DNA of 64,000 nucleotides from Candidatus Lloydbacteria bacterium RIFCSPHIGHO2_02_FULL_50_18. Its GTDB lineage: Bacteria; Patescibacteriota; Minisyncoccia; Phycocordibacterales; UBA6899. Numbering within the stretch: the first letter of the stretch is position 1; every line of letters begins with the position of its first letter. The stretch is taken from assembly GCA_001821395.1 (NCBI GenBank), contig MHLM01000004.1:64001-128000 (forward strand). The letters are read 5' to 3'. The notes beneath the pieces were generated by a model. The model was not told where the DNA came from and ran no database searches. It saw only the letters and a list, made by a program, of their open reading frames with translations. The position numbers and the translations under genes were made by a program. Positions 55,833 through 64,000 of the stretch are shown in pieces.

Positions 55833-57029
55833 TCAGCGTGTTTTGGATCTCTCTCTGTGTTTGCAGGAAGTGTTTTCTTGGTCGCGCGGGGAAAATATCT
55901 CCGCATACCAGTTTCCTCCTCGACGCTCGCGAATAAGCCGATAGTCGCGCTCGCTCGTTTCATCTTTAAGGACGTAACAGCGTGCGGCGAGACCCGTGTC
56001 ACTCATCTGTGCTTCTAGTACGTCGTGAAATACGACTCCTTCTGCAGTGAGCATGAGCGGCAGGCGGTCGCCCACCTCAAGTATCATTTCAACATACTGA
56101 TCATCCTCTATCATTGCGAGAAGCGCACCCCGCACATGTGCGGGCGCCTCTTTGAACAGTTGTGCTATTGCATCGCGAGGTGTGATCTTGTTCGTGTTGA
56201 GTCCGTCAATGACGTGCGCCGGACCGAATTCGGTGACGACGACCTCACTCATGAAAAACAGCGGCAGGTCTGTTGCTTTGTCACGTTCAACGTATCCCGG
56301 GGTAGTCCCCGGTGGCGTGATGACCATTTGGGTCGTCATGCGGTTGTTCGTAACGGCACCAGTCTCTGTGGTGCTCGTGGCCTTTCGTCTCGGCGGTGTC
56401 TTCCGCGTGCGGTAGTGATACCCTTCCGTTGTCGGTGCTTCAATAATAAAGACCGCAACGTGTGCGGTCCCCGAATGAATGAAGTCGAGCATCTGTGCAA
56501 TTTCTTGCGATACATTGATGATACGGCGGCCTTCCTGTTCAGGTCCGCGATCGTTCACACGTGCAGTGACGGATCTTCCGTTTTGCGAGTTCCGTATACA
56601 TACGGTCGTTCCGAACGGGAGCGATGAGTGTGCCACGGTGTGTGCGTACATGTCGTAGGTCTCATTGTTCGCGGTTGTTTTGCCGTGAAAATGAGCTCCG
56701 TACCACGACGCGATTCCGTCCTCGGCATGCGTGCCGTTTGCTGCACAGGTGTTTGTCATCGGTGCTACCGTTTTCACCTTGGTCGTCATGACGAAGGGGA
56801 GAGCAAGTATCTGTCCGGGATAGATAAGGTCAGGGTTACTGATCTTATTTATTGCTGCAATAGCAAGGTAGTCGTTCGTTCCGAATTGGCGAGCAATCGT
56901 TGCGAGTCTGTCGCCACGTTTTACCGTGTACGCGACTTCGGTGCTCGCAGCCTCTTCCGCATGGGTCTCCCCGACGAGAAAGAGGGCAAGGGTCATCATC
57001 ACGATGCACATTTTGGTGAACATGTTCAT
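55833..57029 (-). CDS. LysM domain plus RlpA-like double-psi beta-barrel protein with a C-terminal extension
   Basis: LysM: YTVKRGDRLATIARQF...IYPGQILALP. DPBB: GIASWYGAHFHGKTTANNETYD...VNDRGP. Confidence 0.7.
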   Translation of the reverse strand: MNMFTKMCIVMMTLALFLVGETHAEEAASTEVAYTVKRGDRLATIARQFGTNDYLAIAAINKISNPDLIYPGQILALPFVMTTKVKTVAPMTNTCAANGTHAEDGIASWYGAHFHGKTTANNETYDMYAHTVAHSSLPFGTTVCIRNSQNGRSVTARVNDRGPEQEGRRIINVSQEIAQMLDFIHSGTAHVAVFIIEAPTTEGYHYRTRKTPPRRKATSTTETGAVTNNRMTTQMVITPPGTTPGYVERDKATDLPLFFMSEVVVTEFGPAHVIDGLNTNKITPRDAIAQLFKEAPAHVRGALLAMIEDDQYVEMILEVGDRLPLMLTAEGVVFHDVLEAQMSDTGLAARCYVLKDETSERDYRLIRERRGGNWYAEIFSPRDQENTSCKHRERSKTR

Positions 57030-57168
57030 GTCTGTGCTCCTTTGAAGTAAATTGGCAATGAGCGTTGCGGTCACAAAAATAAGGCCCTTTCGGGTCTTAA
57101 GCGAGTGACTGCATATGTCTGGAAGGCATACTAAACCATCCTTGTCAGAATGTCAAATGTATGTCTAT

Positions 57169-58038
57169 TTACTGCGCTTCTTCGGGTTCGGGGGTGGCCT
57201 CGATGAAGTTCATATTTGCCAGCCGCATTGCTTCCTCCATGCGCGGTTTCAGTCGATCCCCCAGTGATGATAGCGGAATGTGTACCTCTTGGCTCCCGCG
57301 TGCATATGGCGCCACCTGATAGGGGTTAAAGATGACGATAAGCCCATCGCTAACGATGGCAACATTCGCAAAATTCTCATTCGTGGGTGCGGTCCCAGGC
57401 AGCAGCATGTCGGCATATTCACTCGTGGGGACGTCGACGAACCGTCGCGTAAGTTCATCGCGCGTAAAGGATGAGAGAAAAGGGAATGCCTCCGTCGATG
57501 ACGCAAAGAGGTCGCTTGTCGCAAGCTTCGTGCGCTCCTCGATATCATAATTTATGATCGTACTCTGGCTATTCGGGTGTGCGGAGCCTGCGATGTATTC
57601 CGAGCGGTCAAAGCGTATCGAAATGATGGTCGGAGAAAGCAGTTGCGGACTCCAGCGCATCGTGAGGTCGCTTGAGAAGCTGCTTGGGACTTCCGGTGAA
57701 TACATTTCGACGATGTGTGTTCGAAAATCGCGGATCACTTGATCGGCGAACGTAAACAGTACCGCATTCACCTCATTTGCCAGTTCGGGGTGGTCCATGA
57801 GCGCGATCTTCGGAAAATGCACATTATATGCATAACGCTCTTTGGAGTTAGACTCTTTTTGTTCCGTGTCGCTCGCGAGCGGGACCTCGATGAATTTTTC
57901 AGAGGGAGGTATCGCTACACCGGCATCATTTTCGCCGCGCAGGGCGATAAACTTTTTATCAGGGACCATGAGGTAAGCCCCCAAGAGGAGCAGTATGATC
58001 AGTATAAAAAAAGCGAACGGACGTACGATGCTTTTCAT
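57169..58038 (-). CDS. DUF3298/DUF4163 (RsiV C-terminal-like) domain protein, membrane-anchored
   Basis: N-terminal TM, then an FNPYQVAPYARGSQEV motif typical of DUF3298. Confidence 0.5.
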   Translation of the reverse strand: MKSIVRPFAFFILIILLLLGAYLMVPDKKFIALRGENDAGVAIPPSEKFIEVPLASDTEQKESNSKERYAYNVHFPKIALMDHPELANEVNAVLFTFADQVIRDFRTHIVEMYSPEVPSSFSSDLTMRWSPQLLSPTIISIRFDRSEYIAGSAHPNSQSTIINYDIEERTKLATSDLFASSTEAFPFLSSFTRDELTRRFVDVPTSEYADMLLPGTAPTNENFANVAIVSDGLIVIFNPYQVAPYARGSQEVHIPLSSLGDRLKPRMEEAMRLANMNFIEATPEPEEAQ

Positions 58039-58147
58039 CTGTTTATTGTATCAAGAATGTCGGGTGCCGTATCGTCGGGGCGTCGCTTGACGTATCACAG
58101 AGATATGACAGTCTGAACTGAGTCTCATTCTTTGAAAGGAGGCCTTC

Positions 58148-59056
58148 ATGTATGCACGCATGTTTCTCCTCGCGTTGGGGTGGAGAACTCATGACCCTTA
58201 TGAGCGGCAGTCCGCTCGGGCAGTCCGCTTGTATCTCATCTGGTTGTTGGTACCTGTTTCCATGTCACTACTTGCGTTCATGGGCGTCGGCTATGCGCTC
58301 ACGAGGGATATCCGGTTCGCCGTTGCGCTTACTCTTTGCATAGTGTGTGCTGCGGTACTTGCTTCGCTTTTCGGGATATTGAGACAGCGAATGCCGAGAA
58401 AGATCGTGAAAACGCTTGTACCCCATGCCTTTCAGTCAGGGGTCGTCCGACGTCTTTCAAAAAAGTACGGCATCAAAAAGATGATCCCGGTCTTTATTGC
58501 AGACCTGAAAGAGCTGCAGGCATGTTATTTTACCTGCGCACCGACTCCAGTCATTCTCGTCGACAAGGTACTCGCGCGCAGATGCGATCATCGAAGCCTG
58601 AGCGGTATCGTTTGCCATGAGGTCGGTCATGCCGTGCTTCCGCTCGGTTTCGACTTCTTCTCGTTCGTGACGATATTTCAGGAGGCATTCATCGACAGAT
58701 TGGTCTATCACGTGCAAGTGAAGCTGTTGAAAAGGAAGCTGCTCGTCGAACACTACAAGCAAATATTCGGATGGAGCAAGGAGCAAAGCGAGACGATCCT
58801 TCCTCCGCATTTGTGGATGCTGGTGTTTCGGGTCTGCTGGGTCTTCTCGTCATATCCGGGCCATCATCGCCGTGAATATGCATGTGATGCGATCTCGGCG
58901 CTTCTCCTTCGCGACGTAGTCCCGCTTATCGTTGGACTCGGGATAGCCATCAAGGGTGAAGCCGAGTCATTGAGTGATCTCTCGACTCATCCCTCGCTGC
59001 AAAAGCGTATCACCGCATTGCTCGCTATCAATGCTGCGGTCGCCAACACACACTGA
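58148..59056 (+). CDS. M48-like zinc metallopeptidase
   Basis: HEVGH within a membrane protein. Confidence 0.5.
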   Translation: MYARMFLLALGWRTHDPYERQSARAVRLYLIWLLVPVSMSLLAFMGVGYALTRDIRFAVALTLCIVCAAVLASLFGILRQRMPRKIVKTLVPHAFQSGVVRRLSKKYGIKKMIPVFIADLKELQACYFTCAPTPVILVDKVLARRCDHRSLSGIVCHEVGHAVLPLGFDFFSFVTIFQEAFIDRLVYHVQVKLLKRKLLVEHYKQIFGWSKEQSETILPPHLWMLVFRVCWVFSSYPGHHRREYACDAISALLLRDVVPLIVGLGIAIKGEAESLSDLSTHPSLQKRITALLAINAAVANTH

Positions 59057-59638
59057 AAAGTGTGTGTTTTTCATTCCGCAGAATAAAAAACAGCATCGTG
59101 AGATGCTGTGTGTGGTGGTTTGCGGAGAAAGGAATATATCAACGGAGCCAAGCCCCGCGCGCGTGATACCGAGGTCGTCCGCGACGCGTTTTGAGAGGTC
59201 AATAATCCGCTTGCCTGTATAGGGTCCGCGATCGGTCACGGTAGCCTCGACGCTTTGGCCATTTGCGCGGTTGGTGATACAGACATGCGTACCGAGTGGG
59301 AGCGTTTTGTGCGCTACGGTGTAACGCTCCATATCGTAACGCTTTCCGTTTGCCATCAGCTTTCCGTGAAAGCCCGGTCCATACCACGAGGCGATACCGC
59401 GCGCATACGGGCGGTCTCCACGGTCGCAGGAGGGTTCCGATTGCGTAACCAGCGTGACGATCGCGGACGATTGCGTCGGGGAGACATTCTTGGACCCGTC
59501 TTCCGGTGTGGCACCGAAGAGAGACCCAAAAATACCTGTGAGCATAAGGAATGCGAATACGAGAAAATGATAATTCAAAACGAATGACTCCGATAGCGAT
59601 GAGCGAAAAAGAACGACGAACTCTTGAGAGTCTAGCAA
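58967..59638 (-). CDS. RlpA-like DPBB domain protein (second paralog)
   Basis: GIASWYGPGFHGKLMANGKRYD...VTDRGP. The 3' end overlaps the convergent M48 gene by about 90 nt, so the C-terminal extent is uncertain. Confidence 0.55.
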   Translation of the reverse strand: MLDSQEFVVLFRSSLSESFVLNYHFLVFAFLMLTGIFGSLFGATPEDGSKNVSPTQSSAIVTLVTQSEPSCDRGDRPYARGIASWYGPGFHGKLMANGKRYDMERYTVAHKTLPLGTHVCITNRANGQSVEATVTDRGPYTGKRIIDLSKRVADDLGITRAGLGSVDIFLSPQTTTHSISRCCFLFCGMKNTHFSVCVGDRSIDSEQCGDTLLQRGMSREITQ

Positions 59639-59777
59639 GTGATACTTAGCATGTCAAGTATTCGTATACTAAGCATCTTCTGCACCGTCGCCGCATCATG
59701 ATGCTCTTGCAATCCCACTTCACCTTGCGTATCATGGCCAGACCGATCACGCGCATGCGCGATCCTCATTATTTCAT

Positions 59778-60224
59778 ATGATCGAACTACGCAAAGAAAC
59801 GAATGCACAGTATAAGCTGAAAGTCGGCCGCTCAAAGACGGGCTTGGGTCTCTATGCATTGGAGCCGATCCCAAAGGGGAAAAAGATCATCGAATATGTC
59901 GGCAAGATCATGACCGATGAATCCGACGACGACAAGAACAGTTTATATATTTTCAATATCAATAAGAAAGTCGACATTGACGGAGCGCCCCGCTTTAATA
60001 TCGCACGTTATATCAACCATTCATGCCGACCAAATGCCGAAAGCGACACCTACAAGGATCATGTATGGATAAAGTCGAAGCGGAACATCATGCTCGGCGA
60101 AGAGATCACCTATGACTACGGCAAGGAGTACTGGAATGAATACATCAAGCCGAAGGGCTGCCGTTGTGAGAAGTGCACCGAAAAGAAGCTGAAACCCTTG
60201 TCCACCAAAGAAAAACGTCAGTAG
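59778..60224 (+). CDS. SET-domain protein with a post-SET Cys cluster
   Basis: NHSCRPN, EEITYDYG and a C-terminal CRCEKC. Confidence 0.75.
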   Translation: MIELRKETNAQYKLKVGRSKTGLGLYALEPIPKGKKIIEYVGKIMTDESDDDKNSLYIFNINKKVDIDGAPRFNIARYINHSCRPNAESDTYKDHVWIKSKRNIMLGEEITYDYGKEYWNEYIKPKGCRCEKCTEKKLKPLSTKEKRQ

Positions 60225-60231
60225 TGCGAAT

Positions 60232-61383
60232 TCAGCTCTGTTTCGCGGATGCCCCCTGCATATTCTTTTGCAGGGATTCTTTTTCCGTCAGGATCTGGTG
60301 AATAAGACTACGGTCATCCATCACCTGAAGGAATAGCTCTCCGCCTTCACGTGGGCCGGTCTTCTGGTGTCCGGCATTTTTGTCGATGCGCACGACATAG
60401 CGATCGACGTATTGCGTTAACGGGTCTTCTCCGAGGGCCGCTTCAACGTCTTCTTTTGTAAAAATGTGATCGTTGTTCGAATTGATGAGAATGATCTCGG
60501 GTCCTTTGCCTCCTTTTTGCTTCGACTTTTTTATGTGTTCCAGGATCGGTCGGATGTCGGTATCAGCGATCGCCGGAATATCTTTCCAGAAGGGGAATTG
60601 AATGAGTCCCTTTGCATATTTCCACATTGTCTCTAGGGATGGTGCTTCCATCTTTCGTTCATCCGCGACGCGATGAAGCAGTTCGCGCGTCGTGTCTTCA
60701 CCGATCATTCCGGCCGGATTATCCAGCAAGAGCCGCTTGGCAAGTTGCGGGCGCATTCCCGAGAGTGCCGCCGCCACCGCACCCCCCTCCGAGTGTCCGA
60801 TGATGTTTGCATCGGTGACCCCGAGATGTTCCAGAAGTTTCGCTACCGCTCCGGCCTTGTTGCGTATCGGGTCGGGAAGTGCACCCGCCCATGCGTTGAA
60901 GTAGTCAGTATCCTCGCTTTCCGGCAGAACGCCCTTGCTGGGGGCAACAAAGACCGTGCGCTTGCCGGAGAGAGCGAGGTCGATCATCTCGGTTTTATAT
61001 GTTTCTTTTCCTGCGCCCAGTCCGCCAATGAAGACCGCCCATTCTGCATTGGCGTTCTCACCCGACTCGTTCTTGGGGTTCACCACCGCGTACTCCAAGA
61101 CCTTCTTCCCCAATTGCAGCTGATGTGACTCGTCAAACTGCGCTTCGAGCGCTGACCCCCGCACGTCCTCTATGTGCTCTTTGATATCCTTCGACTGATC
61201 CATGATGAGCGTCTTATCGCTCTCCTTGGGAATATCGCTCGATATTTCTTCGAAGACCTGAATTTCTGCTTTGGTTCTCGCCGGAGCGATCGCGCTTGGT
61301 ATGGCCTCCATCTGTCGCGGTCCCACCTCCGCCCCCGGAGTCTTTTCGATGTGTGCTTCGGTGTATTGTTCAGGATTGCTCAT
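60232..61383 (-). CDS. Alpha/beta hydrolase fold protein
   Basis: GHSEGG nucleophile elbow. Confidence 0.55.
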   Translation of the reverse strand: MSNPEQYTEAHIEKTPGAEVGPRQMEAIPSAIAPARTKAEIQVFEEISSDIPKESDKTLIMDQSKDIKEHIEDVRGSALEAQFDESHQLQLGKKVLEYAVVNPKNESGENANAEWAVFIGGLGAGKETYKTEMIDLALSGKRTVFVAPSKGVLPESEDTDYFNAWAGALPDPIRNKAGAVAKLLEHLGVTDANIIGHSEGGAVAAALSGMRPQLAKRLLLDNPAGMIGEDTTRELLHRVADERKMEAPSLETMWKYAKGLIQFPFWKDIPAIADTDIRPILEHIKKSKQKGGKGPEIILINSNNDHIFTKEDVEAALGEDPLTQYVDRYVVRIDKNAGHQKTGPREGGELFLQVMDDRSLIHQILTEKESLQKNMQGASAKQS

Positions 61384-61551
61384 GTACTCTATTCAACAAG
61401 AAATCGTGCACATAGACAAGGCCATGACCGCCCGTTCGCATAAAGTGCACGCATCAGGGAACCCCTTTGCTTTTTGTGGGGTTTTTGTTATATTCTTCAG
61501 GTACGCTTCTCGGTGAAACGTACAAGGTATTCTTAGTTAGAATATTTTTAT

Positions 61552-61626
61552 TCCGGTGTAGCTCAGTGGTAGAGCAGTGCGCTGTTAACGCATTGGTCGC
61601 AGGTTCGAATCCTGCCGCCGGAGCCA
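61552..61626 (+). tRNA. tRNA-Asn (anticodon GTT), CCA encoded
   Basis: U1:A72 acceptor stem TCCGGTG/CGCCGGA, anticodon loop CTGTTAA, T-loop TTCGAAT and a 3' CCA. Confidence 0.85.
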
Positions 61627-61639
61627 ACAAATTTCGTGG

Positions 61640-61668
61640 AAAAGACCCGTATGGGGTCTTTTTCTTTT
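61640..61668 (+). terminator. Hairpin terminator after tRNA-Asn
   Basis: GACCC-gtat-GGGGTC followed by TTTTTCTTTT. Confidence 0.65.
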
Positions 61669-61669
61669 G

Positions 61670-61719
61670 TTGGCTCCGGGCGGAGGAAGCCATCTGCATG
61701 GCTTCCGAAAGGATTCGAA
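61670..61719. repeat. Inverted copy of the tRNA-Asn 3' half interrupted by palindrome GGAAGCCATCTGCATGGCTTCC (61685..61706)
   Basis: TTGGCTCCGGGCGG and AGGATTCGAA match the reverse complement of the tRNA 3' strand. The insert is flanked by AGGA on both sides. Confidence 0.8.
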
Positions 61720-61780
61720 AAGCTTGGTGTTGTTTTGTCTTCAAAACCACCAAGGTGTACCGTCCATGTAATGGAAGAAA

Positions 61781-61843
61781 CTCCTGCACCACAAGAGTAC
61801 TTCATTTTTCTAAGACGGAGTACCATTAAGAAAAATTGGTCGC
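61781..61843 (+). repeat. Repeat family R1, copy 2
   Basis: About 85% identical to 2378..2445. Confidence 0.7.
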
Positions 61844-61854
61844 CGCCGGAGCCA
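61842..61854 (+). repeat. Direct repeat of the tRNA-Asn 3' end (GCCGCCGGAGCCA, 13 nt exact), att-like, abutting R1
   Basis: Identical to 61614..61626. Confidence 0.75.
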
Positions 61855-61958
61855 GAGAATGACCACTATAAATAGTGGTCATTGTTGTGTGTGGAGGATT
61901 CAAACTTTCAGAATATTTGATATAATTTGATAGTTACTATTCTCAATTTTTTAATGAC

Positions 61959-63557
61959 ATGAAAAAATACATATCCATAGCTTTCATTATTGTTGTGGTT
62001 ATTGGTGTTTTTTTATTTTTTCTTGGTAGTTCTACCAACAATAATCTCATTGGAGATAGCGTTAGGATGACCCGCTTACTCGTCAATGGGGTACCTTCGA
62101 GCGGTGGTTTTGTGAATGTGACTTATTTGGAAAGTGAGGAAAAATATCCTGTGATAAATATTGCGGTGGACTTAAACAAAGACGGTGTTATCAAGTCTTA
62201 CGAGGTTGATGGGGGTATTCAGGAAGAATGGCTTGTCACGAATATGTATGCCCAAGTGGTTGGTGGGTCAAAAAATAATTACTCTATTTCTATAAAAGAC
62301 ACAAAACTTGATAGTAAAACTGACCTGCCGGTGTATGTAGTCTTAAGTGAAAATGAGATAAAAGACTGGTCTGGTGAAAAAGTTTCCGGAGGTATATATA
62401 AAGAAATTTTATTATCCAAAATAGATACAATGGATTATGGATCACTGTATGCTCCGGATCCGGAAGGTGAGCGGGCCGGTGGGTCACCATTGGGTTCTGT
62501 TCTGTCCAATAAGGTTTTTGCATATGATGCCGTTAATGAATACAGGACAGATGTTCCTGACATTGATCAGGGGTACAACGAGTGTGTCCCCACGTCCATC
62601 GCCAATTCACTTTTATGGTTAGCTGATAAATATAAGTTTCTCGATAAATTGCCAAAGGGGGGTGATAAAGATTTAATCGCTGAGCTTAAGAGTGACTTAA
62701 AATGGACAAAGTATGGTGTTTTGCATAAAGACATTGTTCCCGGAATAAAAACTTTTATTAAGAGACATAAACTCTTGTTGGAAGCGCATCAAATAGGAGA
62801 AATTAGAGACGACGAAATCATGGCTAAAATAGCGGGGGAGCTTAAAAGGGGACAGGATGTTGAGGGTTGGCTGGAATATCGAGGATATTTTAAAAATGAT
62901 TCCTATCTGCGTAAGGGTGCTCACGTGGTTACGGTGGTTGGTGTTTGGACAAGTCCTCAAGGCACAAAATTTATCGGGTTAAATGATCCTCTGTCTCAAG
63001 GGGGTCATGCGACAGATATTTATGAACTCAGTGGAGTGCAGGTTCTCGATTATGCTTTTCAGGGTGATTATGAGACATATCTCATTTCCGCTTTTGCTGA
63101 GTCACCCATTTCTGAAGAGGAGGTTATGCCGTCTGTTACCATAGATAATTCAAGTATTAAATTAATAAAAGAAACTCATCCTTCCGGTGGAACCACGCGC
63201 ACTTGTTTGGTCACATTGTCAGGAACAGCTACCGGACCGGAGTGCAGTTATGTAACGCTTCAGGGTGGCAAACCTGGCACTGGGTCTACGATGGATATGA
63301 ATGGGGCGGAAAGTTGCCCAGATTGGTCATATTGGGGTACGAGTGGATTTTGTGTTCGTCATCTTAAGCAAAATAATACTACAGCATGGAGTGTTACTTT
63401 TGAGGCTTCTACGTATTGGGGTAAAACTGATTTAGATTTTAGTATAATGTTGGGGGCACCAAAACTGCCTCTCGAAGATCTTTATGGAGGAAATGTTTGT
63501 GCCTCAACTGAAACAGATCAAAAAATATACGATACAATATCTTTGGAGTGTAAGTAA
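61959..63557 (+). CDS. Secreted protein with a predicted papain-like (C39-like) cysteine peptidase domain, in an AT-rich island-like context
   Basis: Signal anchor. YNECVPTSIANSLLWL Cys motif and a GAHVVTVVGV His motif. Visibly lower G+C than the neighbouring genes. Confidence 0.45.
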   Translation: MKKYISIAFIIVVVIGVFLFFLGSSTNNNLIGDSVRMTRLLVNGVPSSGGFVNVTYLESEEKYPVINIAVDLNKDGVIKSYEVDGGIQEEWLVTNMYAQVVGGSKNNYSISIKDTKLDSKTDLPVYVVLSENEIKDWSGEKVSGGIYKEILLSKIDTMDYGSLYAPDPEGERAGGSPLGSVLSNKVFAYDAVNEYRTDVPDIDQGYNECVPTSIANSLLWLADKYKFLDKLPKGGDKDLIAELKSDLKWTKYGVLHKDIVPGIKTFIKRHKLLLEAHQIGEIRDDEIMAKIAGELKRGQDVEGWLEYRGYFKNDSYLRKGAHVVTVVGVWTSPQGTKFIGLNDPLSQGGHATDIYELSGVQVLDYAFQGDYETYLISAFAESPISEEEVMPSVTIDNSSIKLIKETHPSGGTTRTCLVTLSGTATGPECSYVTLQGGKPGTGSTMDMNGAESCPDWSYWGTSGFCVRHLKQNNTTAWSVTFEASTYWGKTDLDFSIMLGAPKLPLEDLYGGNVCASTETDQKIYDTISLECK

Positions 63558-63799
63558 TGTATAGCGGATAGAATTCCTTGAAGAACCGGACCTATTTGAA
63601 TAAAAGCAAAAGAAAAACACCGCGTTGAGGATGTTTTTCTTTTGTTGATGCTTCGTGCAGCGAGCGGAGCTCGCTGGCTGGAACCGAACACCGGAGTATA
63701 AATTTTCAGCAGAAAATATTACGAGGCGGTGCGCAGACCAAAATGTTGCGACGGCAATATTTTGCGTCGCAGGAGAAATTCCTGCCGCCGGAGTCTTTC

Positions 63800-63994
63800 T
63801 TACGGACTGCACCGTAACTTATCACGGTAGATAATGGAGACGAGAGCAAAGCTCAAAATAAGCAGAAGGAACCACGAACCGATCTTATGAAGTGAGACAA
63901 GGTGCCAGTACTCCAACTGATTTGGGTAGAGCCAAATGTGGGTAAGAGTACCGATATTTTCCGCTATCCAAACAAATAGCGCTGTCAAAAACAC
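63800..63994 (-). CDS. Hypothetical membrane protein, possibly truncated by the window end
   Basis: Hydrophobic ORF at the window edge. Confidence 0.2.
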   Translation of the reverse strand: MFLTALFVWIAENIGTLTHIWLYPNQLEYWHLVSLHKIGSWFLLLILSFALVSIIYRDKLRCSP

Positions 63995-64000
63995 TGTTAA

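Noticed and set aside
56025-56627. A 200-aa plus-strand ORF opposite the LysM-RlpA gene.
   Set aside because: It is antisense to a gene with clear LysM and DPBB motifs.
61614-61720. Interpreting the tRNA-Asn downstream inverted copy as a second, antisense tRNA gene.
   Set aside because: Only the 3' half is mirrored and it is interrupted by the palindrome, so no cloverleaf can be formed.
1-64000. CRISPR arrays, rRNA genes, integrase or transposase genes.
   Set aside because: No regularly spaced short repeats, no rRNA-like conserved stretches, and no recombinase or transposase motifs were seen in any ORF of the window. The mobile-element inferences rest only on repeat and att-like architecture.

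Overview
This 64-kb window has about 50% G+C and is densely coded on both strands, with roughly 60 protein-coding genes, two tRNA genes (tRNA-Gln CTG and tRNA-Asn GTT), and no rRNA or CRISPR array.

Housekeeping genes I recognise:
- prfB-ftsE-ftsX.
- pyrG.
- A PIF1/RecD-family helicase.
- An SbmA/BacA-like transporter.
- rarA.
- Malic enzyme.
- A P-type ATPase.
- Two ABC systems, one of them an ABC-F protein.
- A ZIP transporter.
- A frameshifted sppA.

Many genes encode secreted or cell-envelope proteins:
- M23, L,D-transpeptidase, C39-like, VanX-like, M50 and M48 peptidases.
- A sortase with a peptidoglycan-binding domain.
- Two RlpA-like proteins.
- A 1094-aa tandem-repeat surface protein.

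There is also a set of eukaryote-like chromatin-domain proteins: two SET-domain proteins and a SWIB protein with a histone-H1-like Lys/Ala tail.

A DNA alkylation-repair pair (a Cys-less ATL and AlkD) is present.

The most unusual sequence-level features are non-coding. Both tRNA genes are followed by a terminator, then an inverted copy of the tRNA 3' half interrupted by the same 22-bp palindrome (GGAAGCCATCTGCATGGCTTCC). After that comes a roughly 65-bp repeat (R1, three copies in the window) and a 13-16-bp direct repeat of the tRNA 3' end, which looks like an att site. At tRNA-Asn this is followed by a low-GC cargo-like gene. At tRNA-Gln the adjacent block appears lower in G+C.

A second roughly 65-bp repeat family (R2) sits inside locus-specific palindromes. 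A 115-bp direct repeat duplicates the helicase 3' end plus a TTGACA-containing region on both sides of a transporter gene.

Several genes are N-terminally short (RF2, RarA, SbmA-like). Together with the sortase and the many surface proteins, this suggests a reduced-genome uncultivated lineage, possibly CPR/Patescibacteria-like, but that is inference only.
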